A stretch of DNA of 20,000 nucleotides from an uncultured virus (IMG/VR IMGVR_UViG_3300032334_001252) (IMGVR_UViG_3300032334_001252), one strand, 5' to 3'; counted from the first letter of the stretch, positions 7,821 through 14,456 are shown. Notes: generated by a model not told the origin, from the letters alone. Program-made: numbers and translations.

Positions 7821-8824
7821 CACACACATTTAATCAAAACATTCAACGTATCGGTTTTGCTTGTAAAATCCAAGATAGTACAGGCAAAGCTGACCCTAAA
7901 CTGAACACAAAGACCACAACACTAACTTGGTTAAACAACCAACCACGCGATAAAAGTGTGCAAAAGCTAGAATTAATCATGGAAAGCAACTGCAATGCCA
8001 TGAAACAGCAAATGCACTGGCTAGCGAAACAGCCTAACAATCAGCGTATGTTTCGCATTAGTAGTGATCTTTTTCCTGCGTATACCCATGACGACTGGAC
8101 ATGGTGGTATTACGAACAAAATCAAATCAAATATTTAGAAAAACACTTAGCAGAAGTTGGCGAGTTGGCTAGACAGAATGACATTCGTCTTAGCTTCCAT
8201 CCTGGTCAATTCTGCGTATTAGCATCGGAAAATGATGGAATTGTTGATAACAGTATCAGGGAGTTTGAGTATCATACTGACGTGGCCAGGTATATGGGCT
8301 ATGGCAAATCTTTTCAAGACTTTAAGTGCAATGTACACATCGGTGGTAAACGCGGACCTGCTGGCATTCAAAGTGCTCTAAAGAAACTTAGCACTGAAGC
8401 ACGTAATATCTTAACTATCGAAAATGCCGAGTATACATGGGGTCTAGACGCTAGTCTAGAACTTATGCTTGACTGTGCCTTAGTCTTAGACATTCATCAC
8501 CACTGGATTGCTAGTGGTGAATATATTACGCCAGAGGATGACCGTTTTAAAGCTGTTATCGAATCATGGCGTGGTGTACGTCCTGCCATGCACTATAGCG
8601 TTAGTCGCGAAGATGTAATCGTAGATCATGACCCTAACACAAAGCCTAATCTAATGGAACTGAAAGCTCAGGGTTTTACGTCGACTAAACTACGAGCACA
8701 CAGTGAATACTACTGGAATGAGGCAAGTAATAATTGGGCCTTGACATTTTTGCCTTATGCTGATATAATGTGTGAATCAAAACAAAAAAACTTGGCAAGT
8801 CAACAACTAGCCAATATGTTATAA
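7811..8824 (+). CDS. uvsE: UV damage endonuclease (UvsE/UVDE)
   Basis: RIGFAC, FRISSDLFP, RLSFHPGQF.VLAS, TIEN, LVLDIHHH, HYS, AHS, DIMCESKQK. Confidence 0.92.
   Translation: MALTHTFNQNIQRIGFACKIQDSTGKADPKLNTKTTTLTWLNNQPRDKSVQKLELIMESNCNAMKQQMHWLAKQPNNQRMFRISSDLFPAYTHDDWTWWYYEQNQIKYLEKHLAEVGELARQNDIRLSFHPGQFCVLASENDGIVDNSIREFEYHTDVARYMGYGKSFQDFKCNVHIGGKRGPAGIQSALKKLSTEARNILTIENAEYTWGLDASLELMLDCALVLDIHHHWIASGEYITPEDDRFKAVIESWRGVRPAMHYSVSREDVIVDHDPNTKPNLMELKAQGFTSTKLRAHSEYYWNEASNNWALTFLPYADIMCESKQKNLASQQLANML
8741..8769 (+). promoter_or_regulatory. perfect-consensus sigma70 promoter inside uvsE, upstream of the main tRNA array
   Basis: TTGACA-17 nt-TATAAT plus extended -10 TG. Confidence 0.85.
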
Positions 8825-8878
8825 GTTTAACATGGCCCCCTTATGTTTGTTATTAGCAAGCATCTTGGGGGTTCTTCT

Positions 8879-8955
8879 CCGTGTATAGCGCAGTCTGGTA
8901 GCGCATCTCGTTTGGGACGAGAGGGTCGCAAGTTCGAATCCTGCTACACGGACCA
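8879..8955 (+). tRNA. tRNA-Pro(UGG)
   Basis: CCGTGTA/TACACGG, TT-TGG-GA, ACCA. Confidence 0.95.
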
Positions 8956-8956
8956 T

Positions 8957-9031
8957 GGGCTGATAGTGATAATGGGAGCACAGTGGCTTTGCAAGCCTCG
9001 GGTGGGAGTTCGATCCTCCCTCGGTCCACCA
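8957..9031 (+). tRNA. tRNA-Ala(UGC)
   Basis: G3:U70 pair, TT-TGC-AA, ACCA. Confidence 0.92.
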
Positions 9032-9047
9032 ATTTAAAAGGAAAATT

Positions 9048-9170
9048 ATGAAAACACGAAAACCTAGAAACCACATTATAATTGCTTTAATGAAACGCAA
9101 TGGTAGTGGTTCACATAAAAAAACCACAAAGCAGCTTCGTGGTAAATGGAAGCGCATAACGGACGTATAA
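9048..9170 (+). CDS. 40-aa basic peptide, weakly ArfA-like
   Basis: AAGGA RBS; MKTRKPRNHIIIALMKRNGSGSHKKTTKQLRGKWKRITDV; stop lies inside tRNA-Lys. Confidence 0.6.
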   Translation: MKTRKPRNHIIIALMKRNGSGSHKKTTKQLRGKWKRITDV

Positions 9171-9235
9171 CTTAACGGCTAAAGTAACTGGCTTTTAACC
9201 AGTAAATCAGAGTTCGATTCTCTGTGCGTCTACCA
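9161..9235 (+). tRNA. tRNA-Lys(UUU)
   Basis: GGACGTA/TGCGTCT, CT-TTT-AA, ACCA. Confidence 0.92.
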
Positions 9236-9311
9236 TATAAAAACACATTGTCCTAGGCTGTGACCTAGTCCATCAGAAGTCCTTGTAGACAGAAGCAGTG
9301 TGTTTCTATAT
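9236..9311 (+). ncRNA. stem-closed RNA cassette 1 (unknown)
   Basis: TATA-A-AAACACATTG / CAGTGTGTTT-C-TATA stem enclosing CTAGG-CTGTGA-CCTAG hairpin. Confidence 0.5.
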
Positions 9312-9403
9312 GGAAAGTAATGCAGTGGGGTTGGTCCCGCGACTGGCCTTGAAAACCAGGTTCTCCTAACGGGGATGGGGTTCGACTCCTCTGCTTTCCG
9401 CCA
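9312..9403 (+). tRNA. tRNA-Ser(UGA), 8/4-type
   Basis: 8-bp acceptor GGAAAGTA/TGCTTTCC, 4-bp T-stem, long variable arm, G73, CCA. Confidence 0.85.
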
Positions 9404-9404
9404 T

Positions 9405-9480
9405 GCAACTTTAGCTGATGTGGTCATAGCGGTGGTCTGAAGAACCATTGAACTAGGTTCGATTCCTAGAGGTTGCACCA
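9405..9480 (+). tRNA. tRNA-Phe(GAA)
   Basis: GCAACTT/AGGTTGC, CT-GAA-GA, ACCA. Confidence 0.92.
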
Positions 9481-9485
9481 TATAC

Positions 9486-9573
9486 GGAAGATTACCCAAG
9501 CGGTTACGGGAGCAGTTTGCTAAACTGTCGTTGAGAAATCGGCGCATTGGTTCGAATCCAATATCTTCCGCCA
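9486..9573 (+). tRNA. tRNA-Ser(GCU)
   Basis: GGAAGAT/ATCTTCC, TT-GCT-AA, long variable arm, GCCA. Confidence 0.95.
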
Positions 9574-9584
9574 GTATTTTTAGG

Positions 9585-9657
9585 TGTGACCTTAGTGTAA
9601 CGGTTAGCACCCGAGATTGTGATTCTTTTAGTATGGGTTTGATTCCCATAGGTCACC
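9585..9657 (+). tRNA. tRNA-His(GUG), U-1, no encoded CCA
   Basis: GTGACCT/AGGTCAC, C73, TT-GTG-AT; T-loop TTTGATT and 3' CCT are atypical. Confidence 0.8.
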
Positions 9658-9679
9658 CCTAAGGGTATTAAGGAAAAGT

Positions 9680-10000
9680 ATGGATAGCTTATACACACAA
9701 AAATTACAACAGTATACTGAAGCACTACAAACAATTATTGAAAAAGCAGAAACTTTTAAAACTGGTGACAGTGTTAGCTGGGGTAGTAGTGGTGGTAAAG
9801 CACGCGGCAAAATTACTAAAATTATTAAAAATGGTAGCGAACAAGTACCTAACAGTAGTTTCAAAATAACTGGTACACCCGACGATCCTGCAGCACTAAT
9901 TCGTGTTTATCGCCCCGATAGTGATGGCAAATATAAACCTACAGATACTATTGTAGGACACAAAACTAGTTCACTAACAAAAATATCAGGATTAAATTAA
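9680..10000 (+). CDS. DUF2945/Hva1 Tudor-like domain protein
   Basis: FKTGDSVSW.SSGG..RGKITKI...TPDDPA..I...VGHK.SSL. Confidence 0.65.
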   Translation: MDSLYTQKLQQYTEALQTIIEKAETFKTGDSVSWGSSGGKARGKITKIIKNGSEQVPNSSFKITGTPDDPAALIRVYRPDSDGKYKPTDTIVGHKTSSLTKISGLN

Positions 10001-10002
10001 AT

Positions 10003-10302
10003 ATGCCGTGTATTAAATGTAGTAACGGCAAATATAAATATGGCGAACATGGCAATTGTCAGTTTGATACGCTAGCCTCCTGCAAAGCTGCAGCAGCGGC
10101 TATACATATTCCAAAGGAAGAGAGTATGAAACCTAAAAAGAAACCTCCACTTTCGGCTATTAAACCTGAAGCTGGACCACATGGACCAATCCCAGAAGGA
10201 AAAGATATGCAACCTATTCAACCAGTTCAACCTATGAACCCACATCATGATGCTACTTGCCAATGTGCTAGTTGCAAAGGTATGTATCCTAAATATAAGT
10301 AA
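10003..10302 (+). CDS. hypothetical Cys/Pro-rich protein
   Basis: 99-aa ORF; internal AAGGA+ATG (MKPKKK) may be a second start. Confidence 0.6.
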   Translation: MPCIKCSNGKYKYGEHGNCQFDTLASCKAAAAAIHIPKEESMKPKKKPPLSAIKPEAGPHGPIPEGKDMQPIQPVQPMNPHHDATCQCASCKGMYPKYK

Positions 10303-10310
10303 GGAATTTT

Positions 10311-10526
10311 ATGAAACTTAAACCAACAAATGTTCGTGAACCACAGCTAACCGCAATTGGTAAACCTTATGACGAAGGATTTGCTGAAATTCGTGACCCT
10401 AAAACTGGTGCTGATGTAGGCGATATTCTTCCTGGAAGTATTGAGCTTTATCCAGTAGATATGCCTGATCGTGATGGTAGTACTACTCACCAAGGCGATA
10501 TGGGTCGACTAGGTAAGTCAGAATAA
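10311..10526 (+). CDS. hypothetical protein
   Basis: AAGGA RBS, 71 aa. Confidence 0.7.
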   Translation: MKLKPTNVREPQLTAIGKPYDEGFAEIRDPKTGADVGDILPGSIELYPVDMPDRDGSTTHQGDMGRLGKSE

Positions 10527-10530
10527 TATT

Positions 10531-10568
10531 AGCCCCCATAGTCGTGTTAAGGCTCAAAAAGACGCGAC
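10531..10568 (+). promoter_or_regulatory. putative H-type pseudoknot in 5' leader
   Basis: S1 AGCC/GGCT, S2 GTCGTGTT/GACGCGAC, A-rich linker CAAAAA. Confidence 0.45.
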
Positions 10569-10599
10569 CTTTCTATCACACACATCACAAGGAAATTAT

Positions 10600-10827
10600 A
10601 TGAACCCGTTTGAAATTCGTGCCGAAATGCTTAAAATGGCACAAGATTATTTGACAAAACAACAAGAAATCAATACTGATTTTGCCATGCAAACTTTTCA
10701 GCAATTAGTTGCTCAAGGTAAGAAAACTGCAGACGAGTGGCAAACTTATGCTCCTAAAATGTACACATTTGAAGATGTACTAAAAGAAGCTAATAAGTTG
10801 TATGGATTTGTCAAAGATGCTAAGTAA
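10600..10827 (+). CDS. hypothetical helical protein (MNPFEIR family)
   Basis: AAGGA RBS preceded by CA-rich tract. Confidence 0.75.
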   Translation: MNPFEIRAEMLKMAQDYLTKQQEINTDFAMQTFQQLVAQGKKTADEWQTYAPKMYTFEDVLKEANKLYGFVKDAK

Positions 10828-10924
10828 ACTATATAGCGGCATAGTCCGTTTTATTGAAATTATGCAAGACGTTCAAGCTGAGCGTGCTAAAGCCTATGCC
10901 AAATATGGAAGGGTTTCAGAATGA
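10817..10924 (+). CDS. 35-aa hypothetical protein
   Basis: Hand-translated MLSKLYSGIVRFIEIMQDVQAERAKAYAKYGRVSE; overlaps both neighbours (ATGA coupling at 3' end). Confidence 0.5.
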   Translation: MLSKLYSGIVRFIEIMQDVQAERAKAYAKYGRVSE

Positions 10925-11094
10925 CAGCTATAACCGAAATGGTAGAACGATTAAAAGAAATTTTAGAGTGTAAACCTTACAGTATGGATCAGTTTATTGC
11001 TGATAATGATCCTAAGGATCATAAAGATGTTCAAAGACTAGAAGAACAGTGGATGCAATATCACAATCGTAAATTTTTTAGCACAAATTATTAA
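10921..11094 (+). CDS. 57-aa hypothetical protein
   Basis: Hand-translated MTAITEMVERLKEIL...FIADNDPKDHKDVQRLEEQW... Confidence 0.6.
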   Translation: MTAITEMVERLKEILECKPYSMDQFIADNDPKDHKDVQRLEEQWMQYHNRKFFSTNY

Positions 11095-11099
11095 TATAT

Positions 11100-11175
11100 C
11101 GCGGGGTACGTCAGCGGCAGACTGTCAGGCTCATAACCTGGAGGACGTGGGTTCGAGTCCCACCCACCGCAACCA
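11100..11175 (+). tRNA. initiator tRNA-fMet(CAU)
   Basis: C1:A72 mismatch, CGCGGGG start, CT-CAT-AA; extra A in 3' acceptor strand. Confidence 0.85.
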
Positions 11176-11222
11176 ATGGTAGGCTTTAACTAGCTGAAGC
11201 AGGTGAAAGCCCTGTCCTAAAC

Positions 11223-11269
11223 TAAGGTTTAGGTTTGCTAACAAAAAGCAAACCTAAGCCTTATTTTTT
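11223..11269 (+). terminator. long hairpin terminator / processing stem
   Basis: 17-bp TAAGGTTTAGGTTTGCT/AGCAAACCTAAGCCTTA followed by T6. Confidence 0.7.
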
Positions 11270-11282
11270 CTGGAGAATAACA

Positions 11283-11513
11283 ATGAGTGATGGTGGAAAA
11301 GGTTCAAAAGCAAGACCCTTAACTGTATCAAATGAAGAGTATGCTAATCGTTGGGATGCTATTTTTGGTACAGATCAAAAAACAAAACAAGAACGTGCAT
11401 TAGATGAAATGGTTCGTATTAGCCAAGAAATGGGTTTGTACGATGAGTTTGAAGATAAACCTACTAGAAATAACAAAGAGACACAAACAGTAAAGATTGA
11501 GTATGTCAAGTAA
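11283..11513 (+). CDS. hypothetical protein (MSDGGKGSKARP family)
   Basis: ATG 11283 after GGAG RBS. Confidence 0.7.
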   Translation: MSDGGKGSKARPLTVSNEEYANRWDAIFGTDQKTKQERALDEMVRISQEMGLYDEFEDKPTRNNKETQTVKIEYVK

Positions 11514-11838
11514 GTTTAAAGAATTGTACTATCAATATACTATTGAAGTATATCAAACTATTTGCGTATTTTTATTTGTTGTAATAGTAATGCTATATGG
11601 TGTTATAGAGTTTAAAACTGGAGTTATGGAAGGTTATAAATCTACACTAGCACTTTTAAAAACACGCAGTGATGAACAAATTAGAGAAATCGCTGTGTTA
11701 CAAGAGCAGTACAAATATCAGACTCAAGAGATTGTTTTGCTAAAAGCTAAAGTAGCGCACGCAGACAATACAATGCGTAAAGACATTGAAGATTTAAAAC
11801 AACAACAAAATCCAGTAGTTAAACATCTTAGAAAATAA
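11503..11838 (+). CDS. membrane-anchored coiled-coil protein
   Basis: Hydrophobic ICVFLFVVIVMLYGVI then heptad-rich region. Confidence 0.65.
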   Translation: MSSKFKELYYQYTIEVYQTICVFLFVVIVMLYGVIEFKTGVMEGYKSTLALLKTRSDEQIREIAVLQEQYKYQTQEIVLLKAKVAHADNTMRKDIEDLKQQQNPVVKHLRK

Positions 11839-11912
11839 ATCTCCTTGGTGTAATGGCAGCACTGCAGTCTCCAAAACTGTAAGTGGGAGTTCGAGTCTCT
11901 CAGGGGATGCCA
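11839..11912 (+). tRNA. tRNA-Trp(CCA)
   Basis: ATCTCCT/AGGGGAT, CT-CCA-AA, GCCA. Confidence 0.92.
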
Positions 11913-11922
11913 AAATTTTCAT

Positions 11923-11951
11923 TTGATTTCATAATTGAATTTCTGTATAAT
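11923..11951 (+). promoter_or_regulatory. sigma70-type promoter
   Basis: TTGATT-17 nt-TATAAT. Confidence 0.75.
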
Positions 11952-11960
11952 TGATATATT

Positions 11961-12047
11961 GGGTAACGAGAAGCATTGGTGACTTCAGCAGACTGTAAAT
12001 CTGTCGCCTCTAGAGGCAACGGGGTTCGATTCCCTGGTTACCCACCA
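11961..12047 (+). tRNA. tRNA-Tyr(GUA)
   Basis: GGGTAAC/GTTACCC, CT-GTA-AA, long variable arm, G at position 8. Confidence 0.92.
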
Positions 12048-12053
12048 AATAAC

Positions 12054-12138
12054 GCGAGTATGGTGGAATAGGTAGACACAAGAGACTTAAAATCTCTCGC
12101 CGCAAGGTGTATCGGTTCGACTCCGATTACTCGTACCA
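12054..12138 (+). tRNA. tRNA-Leu(UAA)
   Basis: GCGAGTA/TACTCGT, CT-TAA-AA, long variable arm. Confidence 0.95.
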
Positions 12139-12154
12139 AATTTGAAAGTTGACA

Positions 12155-12766
12155 ATGAAAGTAGATGGATTGTGGGCAACACCAATATATCACAGTAGAT
12201 TAGATAACCAAAGTATACTTTTAGTACAAGAAGAATTTAAAAAAGTATATGATAGTTATATATTAAATGCTACATTTAATAAAAGATCAGATTGGGAAAA
12301 CAGAAGCCATAGTTTAAGCGATATTAGTTTTAATAGTAACTTTATTGAAGAATTTAATTTAATTCATTTTAAAAAAGTTATTGAAATTGCTTTAAAACAA
12401 TATATGTTTAGTATTAATCAACCAACTGATTACAAGTATAAATTATATGAATCTTGGATGACATTAACAAAACATAATGAATTTGCTATTCCACACAATC
12501 ATCCGCCTGCGGATATTTCAGGCGTATATTACTATCAAACAAATGGTAATGATGGAGATATTACTTTTATAGCACCTCCTTTGGGAGGTAGCTGGGTACC
12601 AAAATCAGGAAGCTTACTAGCTAATATTAGTTATAAACCTGAAGTAGGCAGATTATTATTGTTCCCAGGTTGGTTAACACATTATGTAAAAGCAAATGAA
12701 ACATATAATAATAGAGTTAGTGTTTCATTTAATATTAAGTTTCACAGAGAAAAATCGGTCTTATAG
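12155..12766 (+). CDS. putative 2OG-Fe(II) oxygenase (TIGR02466-like)
   Basis: SWMT...HNH...ISGVYY...PEVGRLLLFPGWLTHYV...RVSVSFN; stop inside tRNA-Asp. Confidence 0.8.
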   Translation: MKVDGLWATPIYHSRLDNQSILLVQEEFKKVYDSYILNATFNKRSDWENRSHSLSDISFNSNFIEEFNLIHFKKVIEIALKQYMFSINQPTDYKYKLYESWMTLTKHNEFAIPHNHPPADISGVYYYQTNGNDGDITFIAPPLGGSWVPKSGSLLANISYKPEVGRLLLFPGWLTHYVKANETYNNRVSVSFNIKFHREKSVL

Positions 12767-12832
12767 TGTTAGCGGTAAGCACGCGAGCCTGTCACGCTTG
12801 TAGGAGGGATTCGAATTCCCTTAAGACCGCCA
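12757..12832 (+). tRNA. tRNA-Asp(GUC)
   Basis: GGTCTTA/TAAGACC, CT-GTC-AC, GCCA. Confidence 0.93.
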
Positions 12833-12837
12833 AATAT

Positions 12838-12913
12838 TCCTCAGTAGCACAGCGGTAGTTGCACTTGACTGTTAATCAAGTTGTCCGTGGTTCGATCCCA
12901 CGCTGAGGAGCCA
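12838..12913 (+). tRNA. tRNA-Asn(GUU)
   Basis: TCCTCAG/CTGAGGA, CT-GTT-AA, GCCA. Confidence 0.95.
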
Positions 12914-12988
12914 GGTAATGTAGGACAATGGTAGTCTACCTCCTTCATACGGAGATTGTTAGTGGTTCAAATCCACTCATTACCACCA
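12914..12988 (+). tRNA. tRNA-Met(CAU), probably elongator
   Basis: GGTAATG/CATTACC, TT-CAT-AC, ACCA. Confidence 0.85.
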
Positions 12989-12991
12989 AGT

Positions 12992-13217
12992 TTTGTTAAA
13001 GTGTTAGCAAGAGAATGTCACGCTAGTAAGGTTTCTTCGAAGGACTGAGCTAGTAAAAGGTTGCGGGTTCGATTCCCGACTGATCGCCGTTTACGGTGGC
13101 GGTATACAGGTGGCGTATCAACTGGACTAGTATCCCAAGTAATGTACCCCCACCCGTCCGGACTATATACTCGGTGTGAATGGTTTCGATAAATCAGGGC
13201 GAAACTACTTTAACAAA
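12992..13217 (+). ncRNA. ~230-nt structured RNA with permuted tRNA-like domain (unknown family)
   Basis: 11-bp closing stem TTTGTTAAAGT/ACTTTAACAAA, GC-rich, no ORF, several helices, T-loop TTCGATT. Confidence 0.7.
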
Positions 13218-13226
13218 TTCAATTGT

Positions 13227-13300
13227 TGGGGTATAGTGTAATGGTAGCACTACGGATTTTGATTCCGTCAGTTGGGGTTCGAGTCCCTATACCCCTGCCA
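13227..13300 (+). tRNA. tRNA-Gln(UUG)
   Basis: TGGGGTA/TACCCCT, TT-TTG-AT, GCCA. Confidence 0.93.
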
Positions 13301-13301
13301 C

Positions 13302-13378
13302 ACGATCTTAGCACAACGGATTAGTGCACTTCGCTACGAACGAAGAGGTTAGGAGTTCAAATCTCTTAGATCGTACCA
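13302..13378 (+). tRNA. tRNA-Arg(ACG)
   Basis: ACGATCT/AGATCGT, CT-ACG-AA, ACCA. Confidence 0.93.
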
Positions 13379-13380
13379 TT

Positions 13381-13455
13381 AGCCTTATAGCTCAGAGGCA
13401 GAGCAATCGCTTGATAAGCGATAGGTCGACATCTCGGAATTGTCTAAGGCTACCA
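13381..13455 (+). tRNA. tRNA-Ile(GAU), atypical T-arm
   Basis: AGCCTTA/TAAGGCT, TT-GAT-AA; T-arm GACA-TCTCGGAAT-TGTC. Confidence 0.85.
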
Positions 13456-13467
13456 ATTTTTATTTAA

Positions 13468-13543
13468 GTCCCGTTCATCTAGCGGCCAAGGATAGTGCCC
13501 TTTCACGGCATTCACACCAGTTCGAATCTGGTACGGGACTCCA
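13468..13543 (+). tRNA. tRNA-Glu(UUC)
   Basis: GTCCCGT/ACGGGAC, CT-TTC-AC, CCA. Confidence 0.93.
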
Positions 13544-13552
13544 CTTATTACT

Positions 13553-14023
13553 ATGAAAACTTTTAATATTGAAGAAGTAAAAAATTATATTCGTGCTCAA
13601 AGTCCTGAAACTAAAATTTATTTAGGTGCAGATAGCGAGCGAATTAATATTAAAGGTATCTGGTATGCAGACTATACACTAGCCATTGTTGTTCATATTA
13701 ATGGCAACAGTGGCTGTAAAATTTTTGGAGACGTACACAGAGAGCGTGATTACGATCAAAAGTCTAATAAACCTAGTATGCGACTAATGCAAGAAGTTTA
13801 TAAAGTAGGCGATCTATTTCATGAATTAGCAGATGTATTAGAAGATAGATATGTAGAAGTACACTTAGACATTAACCCTGACGAAAAACACAAATCAAGT
13901 GCAGTAGTGCAACAAGCTGTAGGATATATCAAAGGTACTTGCAATATTGATGCGCTAGTAAAACCACGAGCATTTGCAGCAAGCTATGCTGCAGACCGAT
14001 TAAAATTTGTACTTGCAAACTAG
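13553..14023 (+). CDS. RNase H-like YkuK (DUF458) family protein
   Basis: KIYLGADS, RLMQEV, EVHLDINP, KP.AFAASYAAD. Confidence 0.8.
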   Translation: MKTFNIEEVKNYIRAQSPETKIYLGADSERINIKGIWYADYTLAIVVHINGNSGCKIFGDVHRERDYDQKSNKPSMRLMQEVYKVGDLFHELADVLEDRYVEVHLDINPDEKHKSSAVVQQAVGYIKGTCNIDALVKPRAFAASYAADRLKFVLAN

Positions 14024-14024
14024 T

Positions 14025-14171
14025 ATGAAAACAATTACAATACAACTTGACATTAATTTAGTTAAACAATTAAAATTTATAGCTAAACAGCGAAAACTTA
14101 CACTAAGCGAATTAGTAAACGAAATACTTAAACTTAAACTACAGGAGTTAGAAGATGACCGACCGTTTTGA
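14025..14171 (+). CDS. ribbon-helix-helix (CopG/Arc-like) small protein
   Basis: Hand-translated MKTITIQLDINLVKQLKFIAKQRKLTLSELVNEILK... Confidence 0.6.
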   Translation: MKTITIQLDINLVKQLKFIAKQRKLTLSELVNEILKLKLQELEDDRPF

Positions 14172-14379
14172 TTTAGAACAACAAATTATGCAGTGCTGGA
14201 CGATTACTGAAGACATTAAGTTATTGAATACTTATGTACTGGAAGGTAAGATCGAAGGTGGAGAAATGACTCAGGATGAGATTTCAAACTACCTCTTGGG
14301 ATTAGAGTCGATCTATAACCTAAAATTTGAACAAATGTTTCACACATTCAGTACACTAGTTCACGACAAGAAAATTTAA
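14155..14379 (+). CDS. hypothetical phage protein (DRFDLEQQIM family)
   Basis: AGGAG RBS, 74 aa. Confidence 0.75.
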   Translation: MTDRFDLEQQIMQCWTITEDIKLLNTYVLEGKIEGGEMTQDEISNYLLGLESIYNLKFEQMFHTFSTLVHDKKI

Positions 14380-14380
14380 T

Positions 14381-14456
14381 GTACGCGTGACCCGAATGGT
14401 TAGGGCTCGGATTGCAAATCCGCACTATGCAGGTTCAAGTCCTGTCGCGTACTCCA
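14381..14456 (+). tRNA. tRNA-Cys(GCA)
   Basis: GTACGCG/CGCGTAC, TT-GCA-AA, U73, CCA. Confidence 0.93.

Noticed and set aside
9312..9403. tRNA-Sec or opal suppressor
   Set aside because: Anticodon is UGA (reads UCA, Ser), not UCA; T-stem is 4 bp. No suppressor tRNAs or recoding signs in the window
8819..9864. ORF-track ORFs over the tRNA array (8819-, 8843+, 8853-, 9230-, 9504-, 9628-)
   Set aside because: Shadows of tRNA genes or of real plus-strand ORFs; no RBS, not protein-like
10208..10240. QPIQPVQPM repeat (CAACC units)
   Set aside because: Ordinary low-complexity coding repeat
11503..11838. Spanin or holin assignment
   Set aside because: TM plus coiled coil only; no lipoprotein partner or lysis cassette nearby
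12992..13217. RNase P RNA, 6S, SRP RNA or group I intron identity for the 230-nt RNA
   Set aside because: No GAGGAAAGTCC/P4 match, no SRP GGAA-helix 8 motif, not a single rod like 6S, flanking tRNAs are intact
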